Positions 1 to 8,270 of a DNA stretch of 64,000 nucleotides are shown here, in pieces. Below the pieces are notes generated by a model. The model saw nothing but the letters and a program-made list of their open reading frames with translations, searched no databases and was not told where the DNA came from. The stretch lies in IMG/VR virus record IMGVR_UViG_3300027985_000843, positions 1 through 64,000 of that record; one strand, written 5' to 3'. Every line of letters starts with the position of its first letter. Within the stretch, counting starts at the first letter, position 1. The position numbers and the translations under genes were made by a program.

Positions 1-1
1 A

Positions 2-148
2 AAAGATTCCTCTTTGGGGTACACCCTCGAAAACTGTGTGCCGTGTTGTGGAACCTGTAACGTAGCGAAGTTGCACAGGCCCTACGATGATTTCATCAAC
101 GACATCAAGAGAAGATACGAGCATCTTAAAAACAAGGGTATCTTGTGA
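2..148 (+). CDS. HNH endonuclease, C-terminal fragment (5' end outside window)
   Basis: Frame 2 reads KDSSLGYTLENCVPCCGTCNVAK...KGIL*, the DSSxGY-x-N-CVPCC-xx-CN-xx-K signature of phage HNH nucleases. Confidence 0.8.
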   Translation, partial: KDSSLGYTLENCVPCCGTCNVAKLHRPYDDFINDIKRRYEHLKNKGIL

Positions 149-461
149 GAAACTTTACCTTGTCACTAGAAAAGACCTATTGCCTGGATACCAGGCGGTT
201 CAAGCATGCCACGCTATGGCCCAGTTTCAGGTAGACTTCCCCGAGGTTGCCAAGTTTTGGTACGAACAATCGAACTACCTCGCCCTCCTCGCGGCCCCTG
301 ACGAGGAGGCCCTCACGCAGCTCCTAGAACGGGCCTCGTGGCGAGGCATCCCCGCCGTGGGGTTCAGGGAGCCGGACCTCGACAACGCCCTCACAGCGGT
401 CGCTCTAGCTCCCGCAGGTAAGGGTTTGGTCCGGAGGCTCCCCCTGGCCCTGGCCGGCTGA
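87..461 (+). CDS. Peptidyl-tRNA hydrolase, PTH2-like
   Basis: KLYLVTRKDL..G..AVQACHA...FREPDLDNALTAVALAP motifs; start uncertain because it overlaps the HNH ORF. Confidence 0.8.
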   Translation: MISSTTSREDTSILKTRVSCEKLYLVTRKDLLPGYQAVQACHAMAQFQVDFPEVAKFWYEQSNYLALLAAPDEEALTQLLERASWRGIPAVGFREPDLDNALTAVALAPAGKGLVRRLPLALAG

Positions 462-536
462 CCTTGGTGTATGCTCCATGCCATGCGAGTAGACGAGCGT
501 TTTCTCAGGGCCGAAGCGGCCGCCCTGATCGGTTGA

Positions 537-546
537 TCTACCTATG
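537..546 (+). promoter_or_regulatory. Class III (putative late) promoter motif
   Basis: TCTACCTATG, 13 nt before ATG 560. Confidence 0.65.
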
Positions 547-559
547 CCGCCGTGATGGC

Positions 560-1309
560 ATGGAGTCGATCATCGCAAAAGCTGTCAATCGGTACCTCGT
601 GGCGAAAGTCATCAACCGCTACCTCGACCGAATTGGGAGGGCGCCCTTCCAGATGTCCATGGGCGGATGGGACGGAGTCGACCACTACTGGCCGACCTTC
701 AAGGACTTCGAGAACTGGTCCGAGAAGCGTGACCGTTGGGGCCACACCTACGAGGCCATGTACCAATACGACAGCACGAGCGAGAGCGGCTTCGGTCCCA
801 CGCTCAACCTGTTCGTCGACTTCGACGCCGCCAAGTACGTCGACACGAGCGGCAGCCAACCGATCAAGTGGGAAGCCACCTTCCACGGATCATCCAAGAA
901 GGGCACGGTTCGGAAGGTCGAGGACATCCGAGGGCTGATGGACAACCTGATCCGGGAAGCCAAGAAGGTCCGCGACAAGATCCAGGACCAGCTCAGCAGC
1001 GCAGGCGGCACCAACTGGGACACGCACTTCGATGGGTACGAGCTTTCGGCTCAGTTCCACAGCCCTCATCCTGAGAGCGAAGCCAGCATGACCGTGGTCT
1101 TCGACGAGCCCGACGAGGTCCTGTTCGGGACCAGCGGCGAGAAGGGGAATGCCCGCATCTGGTTCTCACTCGGATCCGATTACGAAGGACACTTTGGCAA
1201 GAAAGAAGTCACCAAGTCCTACAAGACCACAGGTGACGTCGAAAAGGTCCTCAAGGAAGCCGAAAAGCTCTTCGATAAGTGGTACCAGGAAGCCCAGCCG
1301 AAAGACTGA
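560..1309 (+). CDS. Hypothetical protein, putative virion-associated, with two N-terminal xV(I)NRYL motifs
   Basis: MESIIAKAVNRYLVAKVINRYL; start reassigned to 560 from class III motif spacing. Confidence 0.7.
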   Translation: MESIIAKAVNRYLVAKVINRYLDRIGRAPFQMSMGGWDGVDHYWPTFKDFENWSEKRDRWGHTYEAMYQYDSTSESGFGPTLNLFVDFDAAKYVDTSGSQPIKWEATFHGSSKKGTVRKVEDIRGLMDNLIREAKKVRDKIQDQLSSAGGTNWDTHFDGYELSAQFHSPHPESEASMTVVFDEPDEVLFGTSGEKGNARIWFSLGSDYEGHFGKKEVTKSYKTTGDVEKVLKEAEKLFDKWYQEAQPKD

Positions 1310-1336
1310 CTCGGCCTCCACCCCTTCCCAGCCAAC

Positions 1337-1343
1337 CGGTGTA
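1337..1343 (+). promoter_or_regulatory. Class II promoter motif upstream of tRNA
   Basis: CGGTGTA, 11 nt before tRNA 5' end. Confidence 0.65.
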
Positions 1344-1354
1344 TGTTCTGACCT

Positions 1355-1430
1355 GGGTCCGTCGTCCAGTGGTTAGGGCAGCGAATTTTAATCTCGCCTA
1401 TCGGGGGTTCGAATCCCCTCGGACCCGCCA
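1355..1430 (+). tRNA. tRNA with apparent TTA anticodon (ochre suppressor); Glu/Gln-like body; encoded CCA
   Basis: Acceptor GGGTCCG/CGGACCC, D arm GTCC-AGTGGTTA-GGGC, anticodon arm GCGAA-TTTTAAT-CTCGC, T arm GGGGG-TTCGAAT-CCCCT, 3' GCCA. The tRNA call is firm; the anticodon register is less so. Confidence 0.88.
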
Positions 1431-1449
1431 GAGCGAAAGGGTGGTTACC

Positions 1450-2349
1450 ATGGCAACGTTCGAAGACAGGGCACGGCTCCTGGACAGTATCGACATACAG
1501 TACATCCAGGCGTCTAAGTGGAAAGACAAGCGACGTCAGGACCTGGAGCTGTTCGAATCGGTCGAGCTGCCCCTGGACCCCGACCACTGGTGTAGCCTGT
1601 GCATGAGCGAGGGAGCCTCCTACGTCGGAGGCTGCTGCGGGACCATGTCCCACGTCCAGGACCTGCTCGAACATGTCTTCCGCATGGGTAACGGATACAT
1701 CCGGATGAATCAGTTCGCCAATCTCGTCGAAGCCATCCTCGATCACGGCGACTTCGAAGGGAAGATCCGGTTCGACAAGTTGGATCGGTCCATCGAAGAC
1801 ATCGCGGCAGAAGCCAAGGACTGTAGCGTGTGGGAGAGCTACAGCCCCTGGGATCTCATCGCCCTCACCTGGCACCTGACCAAGGACTTCTACTCCCCCA
1901 AGACGCCTACTCCGTACAACCAAGACTTCTCCGAGGTCGAGAAGGCCATCCACACCCTGCATCACGGGGCGTCGACCCTGAGCTGGGCCCTTCTGTGTCA
2001 AAAAACCAGTACCCCCGACGGCGAGTTCGATCTGGCGAGCCAGAGCCGGGGCAACCGTTCCGTGCTGCTGTACCGGCTCATCCCCGCCCTCAGGACGCTG
2101 TTCAATCGAATCGACGAGCTTGACGCTGGCCCCTTCGATGGCGTGGCACTCGTGGACACAGAGATCGACCGCAACGCCATCGCCCACAACAACCTCGGGC
2201 TGTGCATCTTCGGTTCGGAAGAAGACGCTCGCAAGCTCGTTGCCTTGTTGGACGAGGACGAAGCCAAGAAGATCGAACTGCGCCCCGTACAGGTCTCGAA
2301 AGAAAACGGCGTCGTTTTCAAAGATTCTTCCGAACCTGCCAAGCTCTAG
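1450..2349 (+). CDS. Hypothetical protein
   Basis: Long ORF; ATG 1450 follows the tRNA with an AAAGGG SD-like element. Confidence 0.7.
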   Translation: MATFEDRARLLDSIDIQYIQASKWKDKRRQDLELFESVELPLDPDHWCSLCMSEGASYVGGCCGTMSHVQDLLEHVFRMGNGYIRMNQFANLVEAILDHGDFEGKIRFDKLDRSIEDIAAEAKDCSVWESYSPWDLIALTWHLTKDFYSPKTPTPYNQDFSEVEKAIHTLHHGASTLSWALLCQKTSTPDGEFDLASQSRGNRSVLLYRLIPALRTLFNRIDELDAGPFDGVALVDTEIDRNAIAHNNLGLCIFGSEEDARKLVALLDEDEAKKIELRPVQVSKENGVVFKDSSEPAKL

Positions 2350-2364
2350 CCCCGTAGTAGGGGC
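2330..2364 (+). promoter_or_regulatory. Class I (putative early) promoter
   Basis: CCGAAC-N17-CGTAGTA-N5-ATG(2365); only copy with a 17-nt spacer. Confidence 0.8.
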
Positions 2365-2877
2365 ATGACTACCTCAAACACCGAAATCAAGGTTGGCGAC
2401 TACGTCCGAAGCTTCGACTTTGCGAATCCTCGCGATGCTGAAGAAAACCGCGACCTGACCGGCCCGAACGCCTCCTACGTCGAGGGTACCGTCGTCGAAA
2501 TCGGCAAGGGCGACCCCGACGAGAACCCTGCGGGCTACACCTGCTACAAGATTCTCGTCCAAAAGTGGGTCTTGCATGGTAAGCCCATGAAGACCGGCGG
2601 CCACGTGTACCCGCCCGTCAACGGAACCCCCTCTTGGCTCGGTGGCTTCACTAATGGTGTCGAGAAGATCACCGTCACTCCGGTCACCGTCGAGCTGGGC
2701 GCCTACAATGGCAGCCCTTCCATCATCGCCAAAATGGAAGAAACCCTCAAATACATCGAGGATGGAGCCAAGTCGTGGGCCGGGACCCAAGAGGAATACG
2801 AAAAGTGGGCCCTGGACATCGCCAGCGGCATGCTCGTCTCAATCTCCACCAAGCTCGTGACGAAGGCAGCAAAATGA
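2365..2877 (+). CDS. Hypothetical early protein
   Basis: ORF directly after class I motif; N-terminal SH3-like IKVGDYV pattern. Confidence 0.75.
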   Translation: MTTSNTEIKVGDYVRSFDFANPRDAEENRDLTGPNASYVEGTVVEIGKGDPDENPAGYTCYKILVQKWVLHGKPMKTGGHVYPPVNGTPSWLGGFTNGVEKITVTPVTVELGAYNGSPSIIAKMEETLKYIEDGAKSWAGTQEEYEKWALDIASGMLVSISTKLVTKAAK

Positions 2878-3044
2878 GCAGCAATCAGCAAGCTCTGAGG
2901 TCCTTTGACGCCTACTGCGACTCCCTTCCGTCCAAGAAGAGAGCCGCCGTCCGACAAGCCTACGAGAAGGCTCGGGAGACGCACAACATCGCGGAGTCCA
3001 TCCGCATTGCCCTCAACTCCCCAGAAGCACAGACCAAACGATGA
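2874..3044 (+). CDS. Small hypothetical protein
   Basis: ATGA overlaps at both ends. Confidence 0.55.
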   Translation: MSSNQQALRSFDAYCDSLPSKKRAAVRQAYEKARETHNIAESIRIALNSPEAQTKR

Positions 3045-3262
3045 CCCAAGAAGAGCTGGAACAAGCCGCCAAGGAATTCTTGGCGGACAAGGACGGCTAT
3101 TCCCTGTGGTGTATAGCCACTGGGGGCCTTAGTTTCACGACGTACGAAGACGAGCTGGAGGCCAAGTACGGTGAGAGTGAACTTCAAGCCGTAAAGAACG
3201 CGATCTATCGAGAGGTGGATCGCATGAAGAATTCTCCGAACTCTTCTGAGCCGGGAGCGTAG
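3041..3262 (+). CDS. Small hypothetical protein
   Basis: ATGA overlap with upstream ORF. Confidence 0.6.
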   Translation: MTQEELEQAAKEFLADKDGYSLWCIATGGLSFTTYEDELEAKYGESELQAVKNAIYREVDRMKNSPNSSEPGA

Positions 3263-3269
3263 TAGGGAC
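3236..3269 (+). promoter_or_regulatory. Class I promoter
   Basis: CCGAAC-N16-CGTAGTA-GGGAC-ATG(3270). Confidence 0.85.
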
Positions 3270-3629
3270 ATGGCTACCCTCCTCGTCACTGACAAAAGCG
3301 GACTGGTTATCGGGCGCGTGTCGGCGAAAGCCGGAATGGTCACCCGCCACTGCGGAACCGTCACCCGATCGACGGCCATGGCCGTGTGGACTGACAAGCC
3401 GTCCTCACGCCTTCATGGCATGCATCGGCCCATCGCGTGTACCGTGAACTACACCAAGGAAATCGCGAACGATTCCACATTCGTTCCGTGCGGCTTCCTC
3501 AGTCAGAGGTCGGCGGACGAGCTTCGCGGGCAGCTCGCCAAGGGGCTGAGTGTTCGCGAAATCGCACGCAATTACGCGACCTACGTCGATACCGTCAAGC
3601 TGGTGCTCAACAGCTACCCCGCCAACTGA
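3270..3629 (+). CDS. Hypothetical protein, possible C-terminal HTH
   Basis: KGLSVREIARNYATYVDTVK resembles an HTH. Confidence 0.65.
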   Translation: MATLLVTDKSGLVIGRVSAKAGMVTRHCGTVTRSTAMAVWTDKPSSRLHGMHRPIACTVNYTKEIANDSTFVPCGFLSQRSADELRGQLAKGLSVREIARNYATYVDTVKLVLNSYPAN

Positions 3630-3682
3630 ATGAAGGGGGTGCGATCGTTCTCAGGGCCGACTCAACCAAGACACCGAAAATT

Positions 3683-3716
3683 CCGAACCTCTTCCGAGAT
3701 GGAGCGTAGTAGGGAC
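3683..3716 (+). promoter_or_regulatory. Class I promoter
   Basis: CCGAAC-N16-CGTAGTA-GGGAC-ATG(3717). Confidence 0.85.
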
Positions 3717-4259
3717 ATGAGCATCGAATTCACCTCTGACTGCCCCACCACCGAAACCACGAAGCCTGAGCCCTGCCTCTGTGCCCAGATGGCGGAACGG
3801 TGGATCGATGCCATGGATGGCGACTGGTCCGAGGCCGTCAAGGTCAACCTCAAGGCGGAAGCCAACCCCGCGTGCCCCTTCTGCAAGGGCACGGGTATTG
3901 AGGGATTCACCCGCGACGACCGCCCCCACATCAACTGGGCGAACGACAACGGTGTCCGCGTCCTCGCGACCCTGGGCATTGTTGGCGAAGATGCCCCCTA
4001 CGGCGAGATGACCATTGCGGAGGCCAGAAGGGCCGTCATGCGGGCCCGCTCTCGCTCCGACCTCTCTGCCTACACCCGGGAGGAAGAAGTTCGCCACGGG
4101 GCCCCCAGGGCCGACGAGAACGGTGTAGTAGAGCTGAAGCCCCTTCGGGTCTACAGCCCCTCCCTGGACGAGAACTCTATCCAGGATCGTATCGAGCAGT
4201 TCGCTCACTTCGTCGAGGAGTCTGCCGCCCGAGGAGCCACCCTCGTTCGTTGGGGTTAA
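3717..4259 (+). CDS. Hypothetical protein with CxxCxGxG zinc motif
   Basis: CPFCKGTG; start reassigned from class I motif. Confidence 0.7.
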   Translation: MSIEFTSDCPTTETTKPEPCLCAQMAERWIDAMDGDWSEAVKVNLKAEANPACPFCKGTGIEGFTRDDRPHINWANDNGVRVLATLGIVGEDAPYGEMTIAEARRAVMRARSRSDLSAYTREEEVRHGAPRADENGVVELKPLRVYSPSLDENSIQDRIEQFAHFVEESAARGATLVRWG

Positions 4260-4262
4260 GCC

Positions 4263-4484
4263 ATGAACAAGACACATCGAGCCGGAGTTCGGTACTCAGA
4301 CGGAAAGCAATGGTTCGCTCGCGGCAACTATCGGTCCTTCCTGACTGCGGAAGCTGCCGCAACCCGGTTGGCAAGGCCCACAGGGTCCCTGCCTCTCGTG
4401 AAGACCCCAGAGGGCAGCATCTTCTCTATCTGGGGCCCCGATCTGCCTTCGTACTGTTTCGGGTTGAAAGTTCCGAACCCTTGA
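4263..4484 (+). CDS. Small hypothetical protein
   Basis: ORF 3 nt after the upstream TAA, in frame with it. Confidence 0.55.
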   Translation: MNKTHRAGVRYSDGKQWFARGNYRSFLTAEAAATRLARPTGSLPLVKTPEGSIFSIWGPDLPSYCFGLKVPNP

Positions 4485-4506
4485 CGGCCGGGAGCGTAGT
4501 AGAAGC
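4473..4506 (+). promoter_or_regulatory. Class I promoter
   Basis: CCGAAC-N16-CGTAGTA-GAAGC-ATG(4507). Confidence 0.85.
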
Positions 4507-4788
4507 ATGAACACCAACAGCGAACTGCGGGCCATTGTCGAGAACCTCTGCACCAATCTCTCTACCAACAAGGTCCCCTGCAAGACCAACCACGTCGTTC
4601 TGAGCTTCGGCTGTGCCAATGGTGAATGGGCCTGGGGTATCGTGGTTGCAGCCGTCGGGAGCGTCGCCTCCAAGCATAAGGGCTACCGCCCTCGCCTCTG
4701 CGGAGAGGGTGAGACTCCTTCGGCAGCCATCGACGACATGCTGTCCGCACCGGCCTACGGTCGATGGCGTAAGGACCTCGCAAAATAA
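4507..4788 (+). CDS. Hypothetical early protein
   Basis: ORF directly after class I motif. Confidence 0.65.
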   Translation: MNTNSELRAIVENLCTNLSTNKVPCKTNHVVLSFGCANGEWAWGIVVAAVGSVASKHKGYRPRLCGEGETPSAAIDDMLSAPAYGRWRKDLAK

Positions 4789-4790
4789 TT

Positions 4791-4824
4791 CCGAACCCTT
4801 GACCTCCGGGAGCGTAGTAGAGAC
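4791..4824 (+). promoter_or_regulatory. Class I promoter
   Basis: CCGAAC-N16-CGTAGTA-GAGAC-ATG(4825). Confidence 0.85.
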
Positions 4825-4959
4825 ATGACGACCTCAACCAACCCCACCTACACCGCTGCCCAACGCCGCTTCTGGGCCCCCAAGGGACAGCGGAACTACT
4901 ACCAGCATGCTGTCGCCCGTTACCGCCGTCCTTCCGATGCGGCTGTCCTTCTTTCGTAA
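4825..4959 (+). CDS. 44-aa early microprotein (absent from ORF track)
   Basis: MTTSTNPTYTAAQRRFWAPKGQRNYYQHAVARYRRPSDAAVLLS*, ATG at exact class I spacing. Confidence 0.6.
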   Translation: MTTSTNPTYTAAQRRFWAPKGQRNYYQHAVARYRRPSDAAVLLS

Positions 4960-5257
4960 GCTGTTTCGTAACCCGTACCGAGTTCCGGCAGAGCAGGCCG
5001 TAACGCCCGAGCCCCCTCCCGTGGTTCACGCAAGGACAAGCAAGGATCGAGAACACGTTACCGAGTTCGAGATGACTCTCTTTCAGGCCAACAAGTGCCC
5101 AGACTGCGAGCAGGAAGGGTTCCTGGAAGGGCCTCACGGTGGGCTGTGCGTCAACTTCAAGTGTGCCAACCCTCAGTGCGGGAGCCGGTTCAACCACATG
5201 GGCCCCTTTGGGATCGATCGCATCTCCGATGCCAGCCCAGACAAGGTATCTCAGTGA
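4937..5257 (+). CDS. Zinc-ribbon protein
   Basis: CPDC...EGPHGG...C..PQCGSRFN. Confidence 0.6.
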   Translation: MRLSFFRKLFRNPYRVPAEQAVTPEPPPVVHARTSKDREHVTEFEMTLFQANKCPDCEQEGFLEGPHGGLCVNFKCANPQCGSRFNHMGPFGIDRISDASPDKVSQ

Positions 5258-5448
5258 ACTACTACGTCGCGTGCCGAGACGACCGCCGACCTGACGGCAC
5301 CAAAGGCCGTTATGTTATGTCCTCTCGCACATTCACTCAACTTCGAGACGCTGTTGAGTACAAGAAAAGCATTTCTCCCTCGCGGGAGCCCATGATCCTC
5401 GTCGAGGTCAAAGTGTCCGACGAGAATGTTCAGGAGTTCGTCGGATGA
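5254..5448 (+). CDS. Small hypothetical protein
   Basis: GTGA/ATGA overlaps with neighbours. Confidence 0.5.
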   Translation: MNYYVACRDDRRPDGTKGRYVMSSRTFTQLRDAVEYKKSISPSREPMILVEVKVSDENVQEFVG

Positions 5449-5990
5449 CCACCCTCAAGCCTCCGTACCGATTCCGAGACATTCCATGCTTCACGCCCTT
5501 CACGGGCTATTCGGTGGACGTCTCGTGGCAGCATTTGGAGTCTCACATCAAGGCTGAGACGGAAGGGGCCAACGTCGACTTCAACCCCGACTTCCAGCGG
5601 GGCCATGTGTGGCCGATGAGCAAGCGGATCGCCTATGTCGAGTTCGTTCTGCGAGGTGGCAACTCAGCCAACAACCTGTACTTCAATTGCGGATCGTATC
5701 AGTTGGTGAGCGGGCCGCCCCGGGAGTACGTCCTTGTGGACGGCAAACAACGGCTGACCAGCGTCCGGATGTTCCTCAACGATGAGGTACCCATCTTCGG
5801 TGGCCTCGTCCGCAGTGACTTCGTGGACAGGCCCGACTTCCTCAAGGCCCGGTTCCGGTGGAACGTCAACAGTCTCCAGACGCGGGCAGAGATCCTCCAA
5901 TGGTACCTCGATCTCAACACCGGTGGTGTAGTCCATACGGACGCAGAGATCGAGCGGGTCCGCAAGCTGCTGGAAGCGGAGAAGGCGTGA
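5445..5990 (+). CDS. DUF262 (GmrSD N-terminal, ParB/Srx-like) domain protein
   Basis: NPDFQRGHVW and VLVDGKQRLTSV motifs, LNTGG. Confidence 0.85.
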   Translation: MTTLKPPYRFRDIPCFTPFTGYSVDVSWQHLESHIKAETEGANVDFNPDFQRGHVWPMSKRIAYVEFVLRGGNSANNLYFNCGSYQLVSGPPREYVLVDGKQRLTSVRMFLNDEVPIFGGLVRSDFVDRPDFLKARFRWNVNSLQTRAEILQWYLDLNTGGVVHTDAEIERVRKLLEAEKA

Positions 5991-6042
5991 TGACCCCAAA
6001 GGTGGCCCACAACCTATTGAATGGTGGGACTACGAGGCAGCC

Positions 6043-6351
6043 ATGAGCACACCACACCACCCAACCTTCGTTGTGTTTGACGACCGCGAGCCCGATGGGC
6101 TCGGGCGCCGCGCCTTCACCCTCTTCTGGCTCTCGGACGGGATCTTCCGTCCGGAGCTGCATAAGGACGGCAAGCCCGTCGGGTACCGCCGAGCCCAGTG
6201 CTTCTGTACACAGCCTGATCGGTTCCTCAAGGATGGGGCCGAGGTCGTGACAGAACCAGAGGCCGAGTCGCAAATGGCTGAGCTACACGAGGAGCTGATT
6301 CATGCTCGTGACGCATACCGAGCCGCACGAGGAGATGATTCATGCCCGTGA
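6043..6351 (+). CDS. Hypothetical protein
   Basis: ORF with GAGG SD, in operon. Confidence 0.55.
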   Translation: MSTPHHPTFVVFDDREPDGLGRRAFTLFWLSDGIFRPELHKDGKPVGYRRAQCFCTQPDRFLKDGAEVVTEPEAESQMAELHEELIHARDAYRAARGDDSCP

Positions 6352-7646
6352 CACATCATGAGCTGAGGTGGCGTTGCTCAATCTCGACCTGTTGTCACGA
6401 AAACCGTGGTCGGGACAAGAATTGCCGGAACTGTGGCAAGCCAAAGGAAGGGGAGGTGTTCTACGACCCCGAAGAGGGCGAGGGCCCCGCCCTCACGGAT
6501 GCGGTCCTCATCCAGCAAGCAACAGCTGGAACTGACTGGCAGTGCACTTTCTGTGGCTCGCATCAACGACGCAGCAGCGGAGAGTGCGCCAACTGCGGAG
6601 CTGAGCAAGCCATGAGCCGCGACCAGGCGACCAAGTGGGACGATGGTCACGTGGGTGAGGGTGGCCTAAGCCCGGCAGAAGAGGAACGTGTCGAGGCCCT
6701 GCTGAAGGCTGCGAAGCGTGTCGAGGCCCTGCCCAAGCCCAAGCGTCGCCCCAAGCTGACAGATGAGGACGTCGAGGAGATCTGCTCGGAAGACCCCTCC
6801 CCATCTTCCACTGTCATTGCAACCCCGGTGCCCGTCTACCGGCGAAACTATCGGCCTTTGGCCCTTGGCAGTGCCTTGTTCTTCGGAATTCTACTTCTTG
6901 GGGCCCTGGTCTTCTTCTTAGTTCGGCCTGTGGAAGTGGATGCCCGTGTTCAGGGCGTCTCATGGAAATACACGGTCCAGGTGGAGCGGGAGAAGACTGT
7001 GCACGAGGAAGGGTTCGACGCTCCCATCGGGGCCTTCGATGTGCTTCCCATGGGGGAGAGGCATCACCACTACCGACAGGTGCCGGACGGCTTCAGGACG
7101 GTGAGCTACCTGGAGGAATACCAGTGTGGGACTATTCCTCGGACCTGTACGCGCACACCCAGGACCTGCACACGCACGCCTCGAACCTGCACGAACAACC
7201 AAAACGGTTTCAAGACGTGCATGGGTGGGGATGAAATATGCTCGGGAGGACAGGAGAGTTGCACCGGCGGCGGCCCAAGGTATTGCACTCGCCCGGCCAC
7301 AAGGCAGGAGCCCAAGTTCCGGGACGAGTCGGTCACGGCCATGTGGTACTCGTGGAACGTGTGGCGATGGGTCCTGGACCGGCAGGTGAAGGCAGAGGGC
7401 TCAACAGACAAGCCTCATTGGCCGTCAGCCGAGAAGATTGCCCTCAACAAGAATCTGCCCAATGGTGTCCGGGCGGAGAGGGAGGAAAGGGTCACGAGCT
7501 ATACGGTGACCTTCCGGGATGACGAAGGAGAGAGCTACACGTACCACCCGAAAGAGATTGGCGAGTTCGAGAGCTTCCACGCTGGTGAGCCCCAGCTCAT
7601 CAAGGTCAACAAGCTGGGCAGTGTCGAGATTGTGAGGGCCCAGTGA
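6342..7646 (+). CDS. Zinc-finger, single-TM, Cys-rich membrane protein
   Basis: Two N-terminal W-x-C..C..N..C..CG fingers, TM LALGSALFFGILLLGALVFFLV, Cys-rich distal region. Confidence 0.75.
   Translation: MPVTHHELRWRCSISTCCHENRGRDKNCRNCGKPKEGEVFYDPEEGEGPALTDAVLIQQATAGTDWQCTFCGSHQRRSSGECANCGAEQAMSRDQATKWDDGHVGEGGLSPAEEERVEALLKAAKRVEALPKPKRRPKLTDEDVEEICSEDPSPSSTVIATPVPVYRRNYRPLALGSALFFGILLLGALVFFLVRPVEVDARVQGVSWKYTVQVEREKTVHEEGFDAPIGAFDVLPMGERHHHYRQVPDGFRTVSYLEEYQCGTIPRTCTRTPRTCTRTPRTCTNNQNGFKTCMGGDEICSGGQESCTGGGPRYCTRPATRQEPKFRDESVTAMWYSWNVWRWVLDRQVKAEGSTDKPHWPSAEKIALNKNLPNGVRAEREERVTSYTVTFRDDEGESYTYHPKEIGEFESFHAGEPQLIKVNKLGSVEIVRAQ
7137..7193 (+). repeat. Degenerate 21-nt tandem repeat encoding (PRTCTRT)x~3
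   Basis: Protein reads PRTCTRTPRTCTRTPRTCT with synonymous divergence between units. Confidence 0.8.
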
Positions 7647-7954
7647 CTCCCGCTGAATTCTACGGTAAATGCTGGAACATCCTCGTGGAGCACGCAGGGG
7701 CAAACCCGAAGCCGATCGCTAAAAAGGACTTCGTTCTCAGCATGTTGGGATCTTGCCACGAGTATCGGTTTTGCGGCAGCCTCGGATTCGGAGGTAAATT
7801 TTATCGATTCAGCCCAGACTTCTACGTCCAGTGCTACCCTGAGGACGTGACCCCTGAGCGGCAGAAAGCGATCGACAAGGTCAACCATTTGCTCAAGGCA
7901 TTGGTGGGTGACCTGGTACACGAACAAGGCCCGAATGACCGCCAGCGTCTTTGA
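7643..7954 (+). CDS. Hypothetical protein
   Basis: GTGA overlap; EYRFCGSLGFGGKF. Confidence 0.6.
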   Translation: MTPAEFYGKCWNILVEHAGANPKPIAKKDFVLSMLGSCHEYRFCGSLGFGGKFYRFSPDFYVQCYPEDVTPERQKAIDKVNHLLKALVGDLVHEQGPNDRQRL

Positions 7955-8270
7955 CGTCGCCCTCGCCATCCTCCAGAAGCATGGCCCCATGACGGCCATG
8001 AAGCTCCAAAAGCTCGTCTACTACTGCCAAGCCTGGCACCTCGTGTGGGAGGGTCGGCCCATGTTCCGCGAACGCATCGAGGCATGGGCAAGTGGCCCTG
8101 TTGTGCCTGAGCTGTACGAGGCTCATCGAGGCAAATTCATGGTGAGCTTCGATGACATCCTTCTGTATTGCGTCGATCACCACTGGGATGCCATCATCGA
8201 GGCTTACGACCGGTACCGCAGGGAGCTGACAGGTATCCCTTCCGGGACACAGATGCTCCTGTTCCCCTAG
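7935..8270 (+). CDS. Panacea/DUF4065 (SocA/GepA-like) antitoxin-domain protein
   Basis: VFDVA...MTAMKLQKLVYYCQAWHL...IEAWASGPVVPELY; C-terminus appears shortened. Confidence 0.85.
   Translation: MTASVFDVALAILQKHGPMTAMKLQKLVYYCQAWHLVWEGRPMFRERIEAWASGPVVPELYEAHRGKFMVSFDDILLYCVDHHWDAIIEAYDRYRRELTGIPSGTQMLLFP

Noticed and set aside
2330-4824. Five similar ~35-bp elements in 2.5 kb suggesting a CRISPR array or attC cassette array
   Set aside because: Only two short boxes are conserved around a variable spacer. They are non-palindromic, separated by whole genes and fixed 5 nt before an ATG, which is promoter architecture.
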